From Macrostomum hystrix (taxonomy: Eukaryota > Animalia > Platyhelminthes): a stretch of DNA of 64,000 nucleotides. Positions within the stretch are counted from its first letter, which is position 1. The number at the start of each line of letters is the position of its first letter. Positions 1 to 12,728 of the stretch are shown piece after piece. A program made the position numbers and the translations under genes. The notes beneath the pieces are model-generated. The model worked only from the letters and a program-made list of their open reading frames with translations, did not search any database and had not been told where the DNA came from. The stretch is taken from positions 15,376,001 to 15,440,000 of the forward strand of contig CATNEN010000039.1 of assembly GCA_950097015.1 (NCBI GenBank). The letters run 5' to 3'.

Positions 1-43
1 GAAGTTGCGACCTGAAAATTTTAGGAACATATCCTCAGGGTAA

Positions 44-263
44 CTGTACACAGGCTAGCTGTACACAGGCTAGCTGTACACAGGCTAGCTGTACACAGGC
101 TTACTGTACACAGGCTAGCTGTACACAGGCTTACTGTACACAGGCTAGCTGTACACAGGCTTACTGTACACAGGCTAGCTGTACACAGGCTTACTGTACA
201 CAGGCTAGCTGTACACAGGCTAGCTGTACACAGGCTAGCTGTACACAGGCAAGCTGTACACAG
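44..263. repeat. 15-bp minisatellite (GCTAGCTGTACACAG / GCTTACTGTACACAG), left part
   Basis: Directly visible tandem units; the same array resumes at 3054 after the LTR element. Confidence 0.95.
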
Positions 264-3053
264 TGTAATAAAGTCAGCGTGGCTTGCAGAGAGAAAAGAT
301 TTTCAGAGTAGGCCAAGCCTAGCTATCTAAATAAATATAAGTTTATTTCTCAGCCTGACCAGGCTGACAAATCAGCCGCTACCTCTGGGCGTGCACGCGC
401 TCCAGAGTACGCACATGCGCGAGTACATTCCGAGAGAGAGAGAGAAAAATAACACCCTCAATCCCCTACACTGCACTGATAGCGAAACGCAGTCACCACA
501 TCCCTCCACACGTAGACAAAAAGGAAGCAAAACAAAGGAACAAAAAAGAAAATAAAATACTTCCCAGCACCACGACAACAATAACAAAAAAATCAAAGGA
601 GCAAACACCACGCGAAAGCTGTAAGAAAAGTCTGTCAAGAAAAAACAAAAAAACGCATTCAGTTGTACGTCAACCTGTCCGGGCATTTTCGGCTCCTCTG
701 TGAACGCCGCGCCTGTGGAGTCGGAGGAAACGGCGGCTGCATGGGCGGCGGCGGCGCGGTCGGTGGCTGTGCGGGCGGCGGCGGCGTGGGCGGCAGTAGC
801 GGCGGAACCTCTGCCTCAGCCGATTCGTAGCTCAGATCGTCATTTATTGGCAGTTCCGTGCTTCCTGAGGTCCGCGGTTCGATGCCTGCAGAGGCTACAT
901 GGTCGGCGTGGCGGCGTACAATGCGATCATCAGGCAGCCGGCACTCGTAGGACAAAGGCGCCGTTTGTCGGCTGATGCTGGCCGGCAGCCACTTCTGCTG
1001 AACCGTGAAATCCCGCACTACGACGTCGTCGCCTTCCGCGAAGGACCTCGGTCTGGCACGCCTGTCGTGTTGTAGCTTCTGTGCTTCCTGTCGCCGCGTG
1101 ACCACAGCCGAGACGTCCGGACGTACCAGATCCAGCAGCGTTCGCAGAGGCCGGCCCATCATCAGCTGGCTCGGCGGAACGCCAGTCGTGCTGTGCGGAG
1201 TCACCCGGTAGGTCAGCAGGAACCTAGCGAGCCGAGTCTGCAGAGCCGCCGGCCGTCCCTTCACCAGAGCCGCCTTCACTGTTTGTACCGCGCGTTCTGC
1301 CAGGCCGTTGGACGCTGGATGATAAGGCGACACCTTGACATGCCGGATGCCGTTGCTGCTCATGAAGCCCTCCATCTCCTGGCTCACGAAGTTGGGACCG
1401 TTGTCCGTCACCACGACCTCACCTCGCCTTCTTCTGCTCGATCTCCCGGTCAAGTTGCTCCTCCACCTTGGACTTCAAGGCGAACGGCACCGTCCGAGCT
1501 TTGAAAAATTTGGGCTGTGCACCTGGTTTCGTCCGCAATTTCAGTGGTTCGCCTGTGTAGCAACCGAGTCCGTCCGAAAATACTGCGCTGTACTTTTGCA
1601 CCAGCTGCTCCACCTGCTGATTGCCCTGAGCCGGCAGTTCTCGCTCTCGCAACTCCTTGATGCTTCTCAAGAACAAGGTTAGTTAGACAGCCAGTTCCGT
1701 CCGATTAAGCTGGAGCCGCTTCCTGAGACCACCACCAGAGGCAGGAGTTTCTGTTCATTTCCTGGAACTTCCACAGTGACGCTCAACTGTCCCAGCACGT
1801 TGACAGGTTGGCCGCCGTAGTTCCGCAGCCGAATCGTGGTCCCACCGAGCTTAGGGATACCACCGAGAAGATCCTGGTAGACTTTGGCTGAGATTAGCGA
1901 CACCGCGGCGCCCGTGTCGATCTCCATCTGGCAGGACACGCAGTTGATCCGTACCGTGGTCAAGTAGGGTGGCACCTTGGCTGCAACGCTGGGCACAGTG
2001 TTAAGGGAGCTGCAGTCCTCGTCTTCTGCTTCTTGCACGGCGCCCATGCGGGGCTTGGAGTCCGCACCCGATGCTCCGGCGCCTCTACGGCAAGCAGCTG
2101 CGGTGTGCCCGAGCTTGCCGCACTTGAAGCATCCCTTCTTGATGAACGGGCACCTGTCCACCAGATGTCGAGTCGACAAGCACCGGAAGCACTTCTGTGG
2201 GGCTTGACCGGATTGGCCTGGTCGACTCGATCGGCTGAAGCAGCCGCCGCTGGGCCAGCCGCCTCCTGTGAGCTCCTGACGACCGTGCAGCCTTTTGCCG
2301 CCAGCTCCACCGCTTGAGCGATCTTCAGCGCCTTCTCGAGATCCAGCCCCGGCTCCGACAGCAGTCTGCGCTGGATCCGATCGTCCTGAATGCTGAGCAC
2401 CAGCCGATCCCTGAGCATCGACTGCAAGCTGTTTCCGAACTTGCAATCCACGGCCAGACGCCGCAAACTGGCCAGGAAATCCGCCACTGACTCGGTGCTG
2501 GCCCTCACGCGCTGATAGAAATGAAAACGCTGCACAATTTCAGAAGGCTCCGGCTTCCAGTGCTCCTTTAGTTTTTGGCAAATGTTTGCGTAGCTCGTCT
2601 CCGATGGCTTTTCCGGGGCCAGCAGGCTGCAAATCAGCTTGAATGTCTCCTTGCCACAGACACTGAGGAAGACAGCTCGCTTTTTGTCTTCGGACTCTAT
2701 GTCGCTTGCAATGAAAACTTGCTCCACTCTTTCCTTGTACTGCAGCCAGTCCTCATTTTCAGGCTCAAATGGACCGATGCTACACAGTAGGCCCGTGACC
2801 ATTAGTCACCTCGTCGCTACTGTAATAAAGTCAGCGTGGCTTGCAGAGAGAAAAGATTTTCAGAGCAGGCCAAGCGTAGCGCTCTAAATAAATATAAGTT
2901 TATTTCTCAGCCTGACCAGGCTGACAAATCAGCCGCTACCTCTGGGCGTGCACGCGCTCCAAAGTACGCACATGCGCGAGTACATTCCGAGAGAGAGAAA
3001 AATAACACCCTCAATCCCCTACACTGCACTGATAGCGAAACGCAGTCACCACA
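264..3053 (-). mobile_element. Internally deleted Ty3/gypsy (Mag-like) LTR retrotransposon
   Basis: LTRs 264-500 and 2821-3053 (TG...CA, about 5 substitutions plus a 4-bp indel); 5-bp TSD CACAG at 259-263 and 3054-3058; PBS-like GTAGCGACGAGG next to the right LTR on minus; purine tract next to the left LTR. Confidence 0.95.
659..2802 (-). pseudogene. Disrupted gag-protease-(RT/RNase H deleted)-integrase C-terminus
   Basis: gag EIVQRFHFYQR/LRDRLV; two CCHC knuckles; protease IDTGA; stop at 1679-1681; RT start (PKFFKARTVPF) joins integrase TDNG...LAERAV near 1425. Confidence 0.9.
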
Positions 3054-3305
3054 CACAGGATATCTGTACACAGGATAGCTGTACACAGGCTAGCTGTACA
3101 CAGGCTAGCTGTACACAGGATAGCTGTACACAGGCTAGCTGTACACAGGATAGCTGTACACAGGATAGCTGTACACAGGCAAGCTGTACACAGGCTTACT
3201 GTACAAATGCTTGCTGTGCACAGGCTTGCGGCATTTAGGCTAGCTGTACACAGGCGTGATGTACATTGGCTAGTTAACTGCTGTACTCGTGGTGATTGTA
3301 CACAG
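3054..3305. repeat. 15-bp minisatellite, right part, degenerating
   Basis: Units G(C/A)TAGCTGTACACAG. Confidence 0.9.
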
Positions 3306-3370
3306 GAGATGACTCCAATACGAGTAGTACAATGATTCCGTTTGGCTACTGAGGCACCACTACCGCCTAC

Positions 3371-4738
3371 CTTGGCAGCTAGATTGGCATTGATGACGTC
3401 ATCGCCTTTGGAAATACTAGATGGCAGTTCCTGTCCACCAGTGGCCTTGCGATAGGCCACTTGCAACTCCGCTGTCACGTGACCGTGAGTAGCCAGCCAA
3501 TCAGAAGCCACCCTGGAGCCAGTAAGGTATAGACTGATATAACTGGCCATGTCCTTTGTCTTCAGCACCGGCCGATCCAGCTGGCTCAGGTAGGACTCGG
3601 TGCGCAAGTTCACCGCCTGAGTCACCGGATAAATCAGCAGCTGCAGCTTCGGCCTTCGCCGCCTGTCCCGTCCATCTGATGACCTCAGCAGCGCCTGAGC
3701 CACCGAGGCCGCCAGCTGACCTCCGGCGCTGTCGCCAGCCAAGCCGATGCGATCGACGCTGACGCCGAAGTCGGCGGCCGAGTCGAAGACGGCCCGCACA
3801 GCCGATAGGCAGTCATCGAAGGCTGCCGGGAACGGCTGGACAATCGACAGACGGTAGCTGCGGGGTGAGACATGATCATTGAGTTCAAAGGATCATTGAG
3901 TTAATGGGATCATTGAGTTCAAGGGATCATTGAGTTCATGGGATCATTGAGTTCAAGGGATCATTGAGTTCATGGGATCATTGAGTTCATGGGATCATTG
4001 AGTTCAAGGGATCATTGAGTTCATGGGATCATTGAGTTCATGGGATCATTGAGTTCATGGGATCATTGAGTTCATGGGATCATTGAGTTCATGGGATCAT
4101 TGAGTTCATAGGATAATTGGCCACACCTTATAGCAAAGACAGTGACTCCGGCTCGCTCAGCCATTTCTGTGATGAGCCTGACATTGAATTTCGGAGCTCC
4201 GAACGCCCAGCCTCCGCCGTGGATGTAGATCAGCCCGGGCTTTTTGTCCGCTGATAAATTAAAACAAATTTTAGTAAGGCTCCGAGCTGTGCCATTCGAT
4301 TAACTATCTATCTGAATTATAAATGTATAGATAATGGCTTTACTCGTAGCTACTTCATCCAGTCTCCAAGCGACTGTGGTAGGCGACCTGGCAAATTTCA
4401 TCTCCCGAACAATGAGCCGGCTTGAGTTGCCCAGAGCTGGCACAATGGTGTGCATGGTTCGCTGACGGAGCCTCTCGGAGGTTGTCAAGCCAGAGAGCTC
4501 AAAAAGTTTGCCCTGTATAGTTTTTGATAAACGGTAAACTAGAATCTGTATTAGGATTAAAAGTTCTCAACTTTATTATTTATATATAAATCAGGCTTAC
4601 CAGCCTATCAAGCGCATAGGACACTGAGTGGATAAAAGTTAGCAGGCCTTTATCTTGCACATAGCCTGGCACTGGCTCGTAACATCGATAAGCCAGAATT
4701 ACAGCTAATATTCCAAATACTGCTACAGTTCGAAGCAT
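3371..4738 (-). CDS. Arylacetamide deacetylase / NCEH1-like alpha/beta hydrolase (HSL family), first four exons; gene continues beyond the window start
   Basis: Exons 4738-4601, 4512-4344, 4250-4127, 3857-3371 with GT-AG sites and consistent phases; N-terminal hydrophobic anchor MLRTVAVFGILAVILAY; motifs IYIHGGGW, YRL, PFPAAFDD, GDSAGG, QLLIYP. Confidence 0.92.
3873..4110. repeat. 17-bp minisatellite GGGATCATTGAGTTCA(T/A) filling intron 3 of the esterase
   Basis: About 14 visible tandem units. Confidence 0.95.
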
Positions 4739-6173
4739 AATTTAGCAATGGTGAGGCCGGCAAAGAGCTGAAAGTAAATTAGGTTAAAAAAATTATAAGG
4801 AAAATAAACAAAAAATATCTGACAACTTTTATTTGTTTCCGTACAAAAAATCCATTCTTCTATATGCTGCAAACTTCCTAGCTTATCAAGTTGTCAGAAA
4901 TTTTTTGTTAATTTAAATTTTCATTTTTGCCTGACTAGGTTACTTCAAAAATTGACTTAACAGCAGCTATTTCACTTTACCTGGAATTATCTGGAAAAGA
5001 AGCTCAATAATTTTTCATTTCTATGAAATATTTTAGCAAAAAATGTAAGTATTTTAAATTTTTTACTTTGTATATTTTCTTATGTTAGCAACTGTAGTAG
5101 GCGTCTATAGTGTATTCAGAAAGTATATCTTAACATACTAGTAGATTGCATGTTAGTTTCTTAAACTCTAAAACTATTTATTATATAAAATGTAATTGCT
5201 CATAAAACGTAAGTCTTGCCAGCTTTATTTCCCGAAATTTCTTCGGATTTCGAGTTAAATTTAAAAGAATGGTATAAATCTGCAAATATCATATATCAAC
5301 TCTACAGATTTGTTTGTTTAACACTTTAATACACAACACAAAGATTCATTAAGATTCAGACAAATCGCAAAAGTTGAATGCAGAGTTTATTTTTAACATT
5401 TACATCGTGGTTTAACTTCTATCCATCTATCTTTTAGTACTAAAGGATATAAAGCATGCGATAGCTCTACTTGTTTCGTCGAAAGTCAGGAATTTATTTT
5501 ACTGCGAAATTTTATTTCTTTACAACAAAAAATAATTTTACGAGCACTGTGTAAAATATTTAGGCGAAACAGAGTGTCAACTAATACAGCACAAATATAA
5601 ACCCACAAAAAAATTGTCCTGCGGTTTTTACTAATTTTAAACTAATTGATGGTTTTAACTTTGTGGATTTACGTTAATCATGATCGATCATAAATATAGA
5701 TCTTCGCACATAAATATTATTCTAATAGCTATGAAGATCATAATCGTTTTGACAGATAAAAGAAATAATTATAATTAGTGACTACATGTTAAAGAAACCA
5801 CACTTTGCAATTATATAATGGTGTCCTTAAAAAGGCATTATATCAATATTTGGTTTTCGGATGTATAAATTGTGAATTTGTTAAACAAATTAATTGCTGA
5901 GATGTAAAATTAATTGTTGTTTGCAACATTTTCAACTGTCGTTTTCCTGTACACTGCACTGACTGCAGCAATCAGAGTTCTTTATTTGGCCAATATTATT
6001 CGAAAGGCTGCATTATGTAAACGTAATTACTTTTTTTATTTCATTTTGAATATTGAATAATATCAAAGACACAAATTTATAACAACTTTACAATGGAATG
6101 TACTGGCCCGTTCGATGGCAGTGTGTGTGAACGTGCCTTGAGAGTGCAGGGCTTCAAGGAAGTCCACAAGTTA

Positions 6174-6627
6174 CTATGCTGTCCCTTCATAATTATTTCT
6201 ACTTGTAGTAGTTTCACAGGAAGAAGAACCATCGTCACTACTATCAATTTCGTGAACAGCGGCCAGCCAATGATCGTCGTCAGACTTTAACGGTCTAAAA
6301 ACTGTAGCGCTGTCCAGCGATTTCACGCGGCGGCCACCGCGAAGTGTCGATCGACGATTGCGTCGATGCAGCGCGTAGGCCAGAACGAGCAGCCCGATGG
6401 CTAGCGACGAGGCAGCCAGAACAGCGCTGGCTCGACGACCGCTGATTGTGAAGCCGAGTCGACCTTGAAGACTGGCTGTAGCATTTCTAACGAGGTCATC
6501 AGCGTTTGCTTCGTCTGTTAGCTGGTCGACTTGATCAGGCAGAGCCGCTGATTTCGTCGAGTTTGACTGCGTAAATTGTTGAGCTTCGTCTGAATTTCTC
6601 TTATCTATTTGACGCCTCTGTTGACTT
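6174..6627 (-). CDS. Probable last exon of a single-pass membrane protein; possible upstream exons near 7800-7863 and 10061-10153
   Basis: Hydrophobic segment AVLAASSLAIGLLVLAYAL followed by basic HRRNRR; AG acceptor at 6628-6629; upstream exon assignment ambiguous. Confidence 0.55.
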
Positions 6628-6869
6628 CTACAGATGGGATTCATGAAATAGATAATGATTGTCATAGATTCTTAGTAACTGAAATATCATGTCTGATATT
6701 CAATAACTTAAATTATGTGACCTACTTAATTTAAGGGACGCAATATATTTTAAGCGAAGTGCGTTGAAGAGATAAATGCTTTTTCTGGTAAATTTTTACC
6801 ACATGACATCTTGTGACCTGTCAAATAAATTAGGTTATCAAAAATCTGGCAGAAATCGGTTCATTTAGA

Positions 6870-7068
6870 AACCCCAGGTGTTTATTTCAGGAACCCTAGG
6901 TGTTTATTTCAGGAACCCTAGGTGTTTATTTCAGGAACCCTAGGTGTTTATTTCAGGAACCCTAGGTGTTTATTTCAGGAACCCTAGGTGTTTATTTCAG
7001 GAACCCTAGGTGTTTATTTCAGGAACCCTAGGTGTTTATTTCAGGAACCCTAGGTGTTTTTTAGGAAC
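6870..7068. repeat. 22-bp minisatellite TTCAGGAACCCTAGGTGTTTAT
   Basis: About 8-9 near-perfect units. Confidence 0.95.
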
Positions 7069-7186
7069 CACGCGCGTGTGCTTTTTCAGGAAATTCATGT
7101 GTTTTTTGCGGCATTCGAGGTATTTTTTCAGGCACCCTTCATGTTTATTCCAGAAACCAAATCGTCCATTTTGTTTTTTCGTCCGA

Positions 7187-7598
7187 ATTCAGGAACCCAG
7201 TTGTCTATTCAGGAACCCAGTTGTCTATTCAGGAACCCAGTTGTCTATTCAGGAACCCAGTTGTCTATTCAGGAACCCAGTTGTCTATTCAGGAACCCAG
7301 TTGTCTATTCAGGAACCCAGTTGTCTATTCAGGAACCCAGTTGTCTATTCAGGAACCCAGTTGTCTATTCAGGAACCCAGTTGTCTATTCAGGAACCCAG
7401 TTGTCTATTCAGGAACCCAGTTGTCTGTTCAGGAACCCAGTTGTCTATTCAGGAACCCAGTTGTCTATTCAGGAACCCAGTTGTCTGTTCAGGAACCCAG
7501 TTGTCTATTCAGGAACCCAGTTGTCTATTCAGGAACCCAGTTGTCTATTCAGGAACCCAGTTGTCTATTCAGGAACCCAGTTGTGTATTCAGGAACCC
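7187..7598. repeat. 20-bp minisatellite AGGAACCCAGTTGTCTATTC
   Basis: About 20 near-perfect units. Confidence 0.97.
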
Positions 7599-8079
7599 AT
7601 GCAGTTTTCTACTCAGGAATATCGTGCTGATTAGACGCTATTGTCATAAAACAGGATTTACATTCCCTCCTATCGGTCCTGCTACTGAGATCTGGCATTT
7701 TATCAATTTCCTGTTTTACGAAGCTATTCTTCTCAAACATTCAGCGCTGTCAACTAGGTAAGAAATTTCTGACCAAGAGAAGCGAGTGGGCCATGAGTGA
7801 TTTACCGATAGATTTTCGCGTAGCGCAGATAGTACGTGATCAAGCCACACCGGAAGCGACAATCTGCAGCAAAGCTACAGTCAGCAGAACCCGTGAAAAT
7901 AAATGCGAAGTGAACCATTTTATGACATGCTCCTAGGTTCATTGCCTTTTAGCTGGGGTTAGTTAGCCAGAGAAGGAATTTTAAAGACTACAGTGAGTTT
8001 AGTTGCTTCAACATTAGAGAAAGGACGAGATTGAAAGTTGAGACAGGAATGAGATAAGGCACGGTAAAAATGAGCCAGG

Positions 8080-9325
8080 ACACGGGAGAGATGAGGCAGG
8101 AGAGAGATGCGACAGGAGAGAGATAAGACAGGGGAGAGATAAGACAGGGGAGAGATGAGACAGGGGAGAGATAAGACAGGGGAGAGATAAGACAGGGGAG
8201 AGATGAGATAGGGGAGAGATGAGACACGGGAGAGATGAGACAGGGGAGAGATAAGACAGGGGAGAGATGAGACAGGGGAGAGATAAGACAGGGGAGAGAT
8301 AAGACAGGGGAGAGATGAGACAGGGGAGAGATGAGGCAGGGGAGAGATAAGACAGGAGAGAGATAAGACAAGGGAGAGATGAGACAGGGGAGAGATAAGA
8401 CAGGGGAGAGATAAGACAGGGGAGAGATGAGACAGGGGAGAGATGAGGCAGGGGAGAGATAAGACAGGAGAGAGATAAGACAAGGGAGAGATGAGACAGG
8501 AGAGAGATGAGACACGGGGGAGATGAGACAAGAGAGAGAGAGATGAGACAGGGGGGAAATAAGACAGGGGAGAGATAAGACAGGGAAGAGATAAGACAGG
8601 GGAGAGATAAGACAAGGGAGAGATAAGACAAGGGAGAGATGAGACAGGAGAGAGATGAGACACGGGAGAGATGAGACAGGGGAGAGATGAGACAGGGGAG
8701 AGATGAGACAGGGGAGAGATGAGACACGGGAGAGATGAGACAGGAGAGAGATGAGACACGGGGGAGATGAGACAAGAGAGAGAGAGATGAGACAGGGGGG
8801 AAATAAGACAGGGGAGAGATAAGACAGGGAAGAGATAAGACAGGGGAGAGATAAGACAAGGGAGAGATAAGACAAGGGAGAGATGAGACAGGAGAGAGAT
8901 GAGACACGGGAGAGATGAGACAGGGGAGAGATGAGACAGGGGAGAGATGAGACAGGGGAGAGATGAGACACGGGAGAGATGAGACAGGGGAGAGATGAGA
9001 CACGGGAGAGATGAGACAGGGGAGAGATGAGACAGGGCAGAGATAAGACACGGGAGAGATGAGACAGAGGAGAGATAAGACACGGGAGAGATGAGACAGG
9101 GGAGAGATGAGACAGGGGAGAGATGAGACAGGGGAGAGATGAGACAGGGGAGAGATGAGACAGGGCAGAGATAAGACACGGGAGAGATGAGACAGAGGAG
9201 AGATGAGACACGGGAGAGATGAGACAGGGGAGAGATGAGACAGGGCAGAGATAAGACACGGGAGAGATGAGACAGGGGAGAGATAAGACACGGGAGAGAT
9301 GAGACAGGGGAGAGATAAGACAGGT
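8080..9325. repeat. 16-bp purine-rich minisatellite (G/A)AGACAGGGGAGAGAT
   Basis: Long variant array; source of spurious LSPVSSLPCLIS ORFs. Confidence 0.97.
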
Positions 9326-9725
9326 TAGAGATCATATGGAAGAGATTAGGCGATCGTTTGTAAGTCCAGATGAAAAGAATAGCAGTAGTTAATTTTCTTT
9401 GATGCGCCTGCACTAGGAAATACAGAGTTGATTTTAATCCCGACGAAGGTTAAACAAAAATTGATAAGCACTGAAGATGTGTTTAAGTATTGGTAAAGCC
9501 AAAACCAAAGCAAAAAAGTTAATTGCTAATTAAACAAAGTATTTTAAGGCGGCTGATCATTTGCATTGGTTACCTTTTAGCTGACACTTCCAAAACAGTC
9601 TGAAAAATGCCAAGTTTAGTTTTTTGAGAATCAATACTTTAAAGTTATGATAGCTGAATTCTTTCAATTATATGTTGCTCATGTGTCTGAACAACAAGCC
9701 GTTTAACTTTAACAGGGTTTAATTT

Positions 9726-9973
9726 GTCTAACAGGTCAGCTGTCTAACAGGTCAGCTGTCTAACAGGTCAGCTGTCTAACAGGTCAGCTGTCTAACAGGT
9801 CAGCTGTCTAACAGGTCAGCTGTCTAACAGGTCAGCTGTCTAACAGATCAGCTGTCTAACAGGTCAGCTGTCTAACAGGTCAGCTGTCTAACAGGTCAGC
9901 TGTCTAACAGGTCAGCTGTCTAACAGGTCAGCTGTCTAACAGGTCAGCTGTCTAACAGGTCAGCTGTCTAACA
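9726..9973. repeat. 16-bp minisatellite GTCTAACAGGTCAGCT
   Basis: About 15 near-perfect units. Confidence 0.97.
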
Positions 9974-11214
9974 GTTAGCCCGGAGTGAAAACAGCGAAAC
10001 GTTATCTCCCTTTTACGCGTGATAGTATTATAATTTTATCAACAAAAAATAATATTTTACCTGCTGATGCATCGCGCAGGTTAAACGCTGCAGTCCAACA
10101 AAGAGCGACAGCAGCAGCGACAGCAGCTTGTGTGTATCCAGGTGCCAATTCATGCGTCAATGCTAGTAAATTGTTCATTTTAAGAGGTTTAAAATTGCGA
10201 TGCAGTTCATCATGGCTTAAATCTAAAACTTATAAAACTTAAAATTTACTTTTACGATTACATAAATACTGTACTACATCCGTAGAGATGTTAAATATAC
10301 TTAAATGATAATTAAACTTATAAATAATTTAATTATCTAGAATTTATAATATTAAAAAAACGTTAGAAATTTCAGATTTTTTCTGTCTGGGCATACTGAA
10401 CATGTATAGTACGCTCGTAGTTGATTTTCGCGTCGCTATAAAAATTCATTTGTAATAAATAACTTACGTAGGTAGATTTTAATTTCTCGTAACTTTTTAT
10501 CACAAAAAATTTTCAAATGTATTACAAATGCTCGTTTAAAAAATTAGAGATTACTTTGTGAATCTGACACTCTATTTAGTATGTTTCCATAGGTGCATTC
10601 GATATGCTTAATCGCTAAATTTAATCTGGAATTAGATTCCAGTTATTCAAATACATTTTATTTTTAATCGTGCAAAGAGAACTGCATGAAATCACTGAAA
10701 AGATTTACCCAATTTAAATGGTTCTTTCTTTTACACATAACCAGTCGACTTTATAAAAAAACAAGCGATTTGCAAAAATAATGGATAGCAAGTTTGTTTA
10801 AACAATTCAAACCCGGAAGTTTTCGCGACTGCAGAAACGTTAGGGTTTCACTGAAGTTGTATCCCTCAGTAAATTTATTTCGTCAAAAAACTATTTTTAT
10901 CTTCACGTTCAACGAAATCTATTTCCCTGTAGGCTTGTTTTACTTATGTTTTTACCCTTATGTTGATACATCGAAGGCTCGAGGGTATTAAGTAAATTGT
11001 GCCCGGAAAACAACGTGCTTTATCTCTTATAGAGCATGGTGATGCCTCATTGAATTTGCGGGCTTTAAGTAAATAATGCCCGGAAAATTTTGATGTCGTC
11101 TATGGACAAAGCTGCTGCTTCTTCTTCTGCTGCCTTCTGTTGAAGACGAAGGCTAAATCAGCCATCAAACTAACAGCCATTTTTATTCTACAGCGTGTGC
11201 CCTATTCTGCAGCA

Positions 11215-12453
11215 ATGAATTCACGTATTACAAATCCGCTAGTTGACTATACCGACGATTTCATCGGTGGATTCGATCCCAATGCATTGCTTCAATCTGA
11301 CATCGAAACTGTGTTAAATGCTGGTGGTTACCTTCGCAGCCACCATGACATCGCCAGAATAATTGGAGCAGCGGCAGCAGAGGAGTCGAATGGACCGAAT
11401 GTGCCGAGTGCCAACCGCTTTGGCCCGCCTTTGACGTTCAACGATGCCATGGTGCTTAACAGCAGCACAAATTCGAAGAAGACCAGAGAAAGAGACAATT
11501 AAATGGGCTAGTAACGTTTTCAGCGCGTGGGTGACTGCCCGATTCCCCCAACTTCCAACAACAGTGGGTGAACTGAGCTACGACCAACTGCGTGAGTTGC
11601 TGCCGCTCTTTTTTCCCGAAGTGCGCAAACAAAATGGAGAGCGCTATCCTGCTGGGTCGCTCGTCTCTCTCGCGGCTGGACTACAGCATGGTGCGAGTAG
11701 CTCCCAGTTGTCGACCTCCGGTCGACTTTTTCGTAGTCCCGACTTTGAAGTAATTACGGAGTCCATTGATGCTACAATGAAGATTTCTACGAAGGAAGGA
11801 AACGGCTTGAAGCGCAAGAGTGCTGAGCCAATTTCCTTAGACGAGGAGGCTCAACTCTGGGAGCAAAAACTAGGTGACAAAACACCTGACCAACTGACTC
11901 GAACCCTGTTCTATCTCGACGGTCTATATTTTGCGCTACGGGGCCGCGATGAGCATTGTAATCTCACTGTAGAACAATTTCATGTGGAAATCAGGGACGG
12001 TTTCCGAGTGCTTAATTTACCAAGAAAGAAATTCTAAGACCTTTACTGGAGGCCTGAAGGAGCCTGAAGCCTGAAGGCCTTTACTGGAATCCTAGTGCGA
12101 AATGCTGGTATACCGAGCGTCCACTTGGTAAGAACACCCTGTCGACCATGGTGAAACGTCTGTATGAGGAGTCCGGCATTCAGGGTAACAAACGCAATCA
12201 CAGCCTGCGAGCGTCTTGTGCCACGAGACTGTACCGCGCTGGAGTCGATGAGCAACTTATCATGGAGACAACTGGTCACAGAAGCATCGTCGGCGTGCGT
12301 CAGTACAAACGAACAAGTGACATACAACTTCAGGACTGCTCCGCAGTGATCGACGGTCGGCAGGTGCGGCGAGCAGCTCAAGAACAATCCGGCAGTGGAG
12401 AAGTCTCAATTAAATTTTATCTGACGAACTGCAGTGTGGTGATCAATAATTAG
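11215..12453 (+). pseudogene. Frameshifted/deleted Crypton-type tyrosine recombinase (ZMYM/QRICH1/DUF3504-related)
   Basis: EVRKQNGERYP, FALRGRDEH (catalytic R), NHSLRAS (HxxR), TGHRS...RQYKR (H, Y); frameshifts near 11490 and 12020 and an apparent internal deletion near 12050-12080. Confidence 0.88.
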
Positions 12454-12504
12454 GCGGAAAAATGATTTCAGCTACTCCATATAGTTGTTTCTCACAGTTG
12501 ACAT

Positions 12505-12728
12505 ACTGACGTAAACCTAGCCTCATGCCATCCTCACGCCATCCTCACGCCATCCTCATGCTTTCATATTTTAGAGCCATTCACACGCACGACCATGGCA
12601 TATATCGATGCAAAAACAGGCATTGCATATTTGTCTTCATCGTATCTGCTAATTTTAGGCAGTATCGCAGCCATCGCACGTTGTTTTCAAATATCGTGAG
12701 GATGGTATGAGGCTAGGTTTACGTCAGT
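12505..12728. mobile_element. 224-bp MITE nested in the Crypton-like element
   Basis: 34-bp TIR ACTGACGTAAACCTAGCCTCAT(G/A)CCATCCTCACG with 1 mismatch; 9-bp TSD AGTTGACAT at 12496-12504 and 12729-12737. Confidence 0.9.

Noticed and set aside
7010-9413. Long ORFs of 137-484 aa
   Set aside because: They are translations of the 20/22-bp and 16-bp tandem repeats, open in several frames at once
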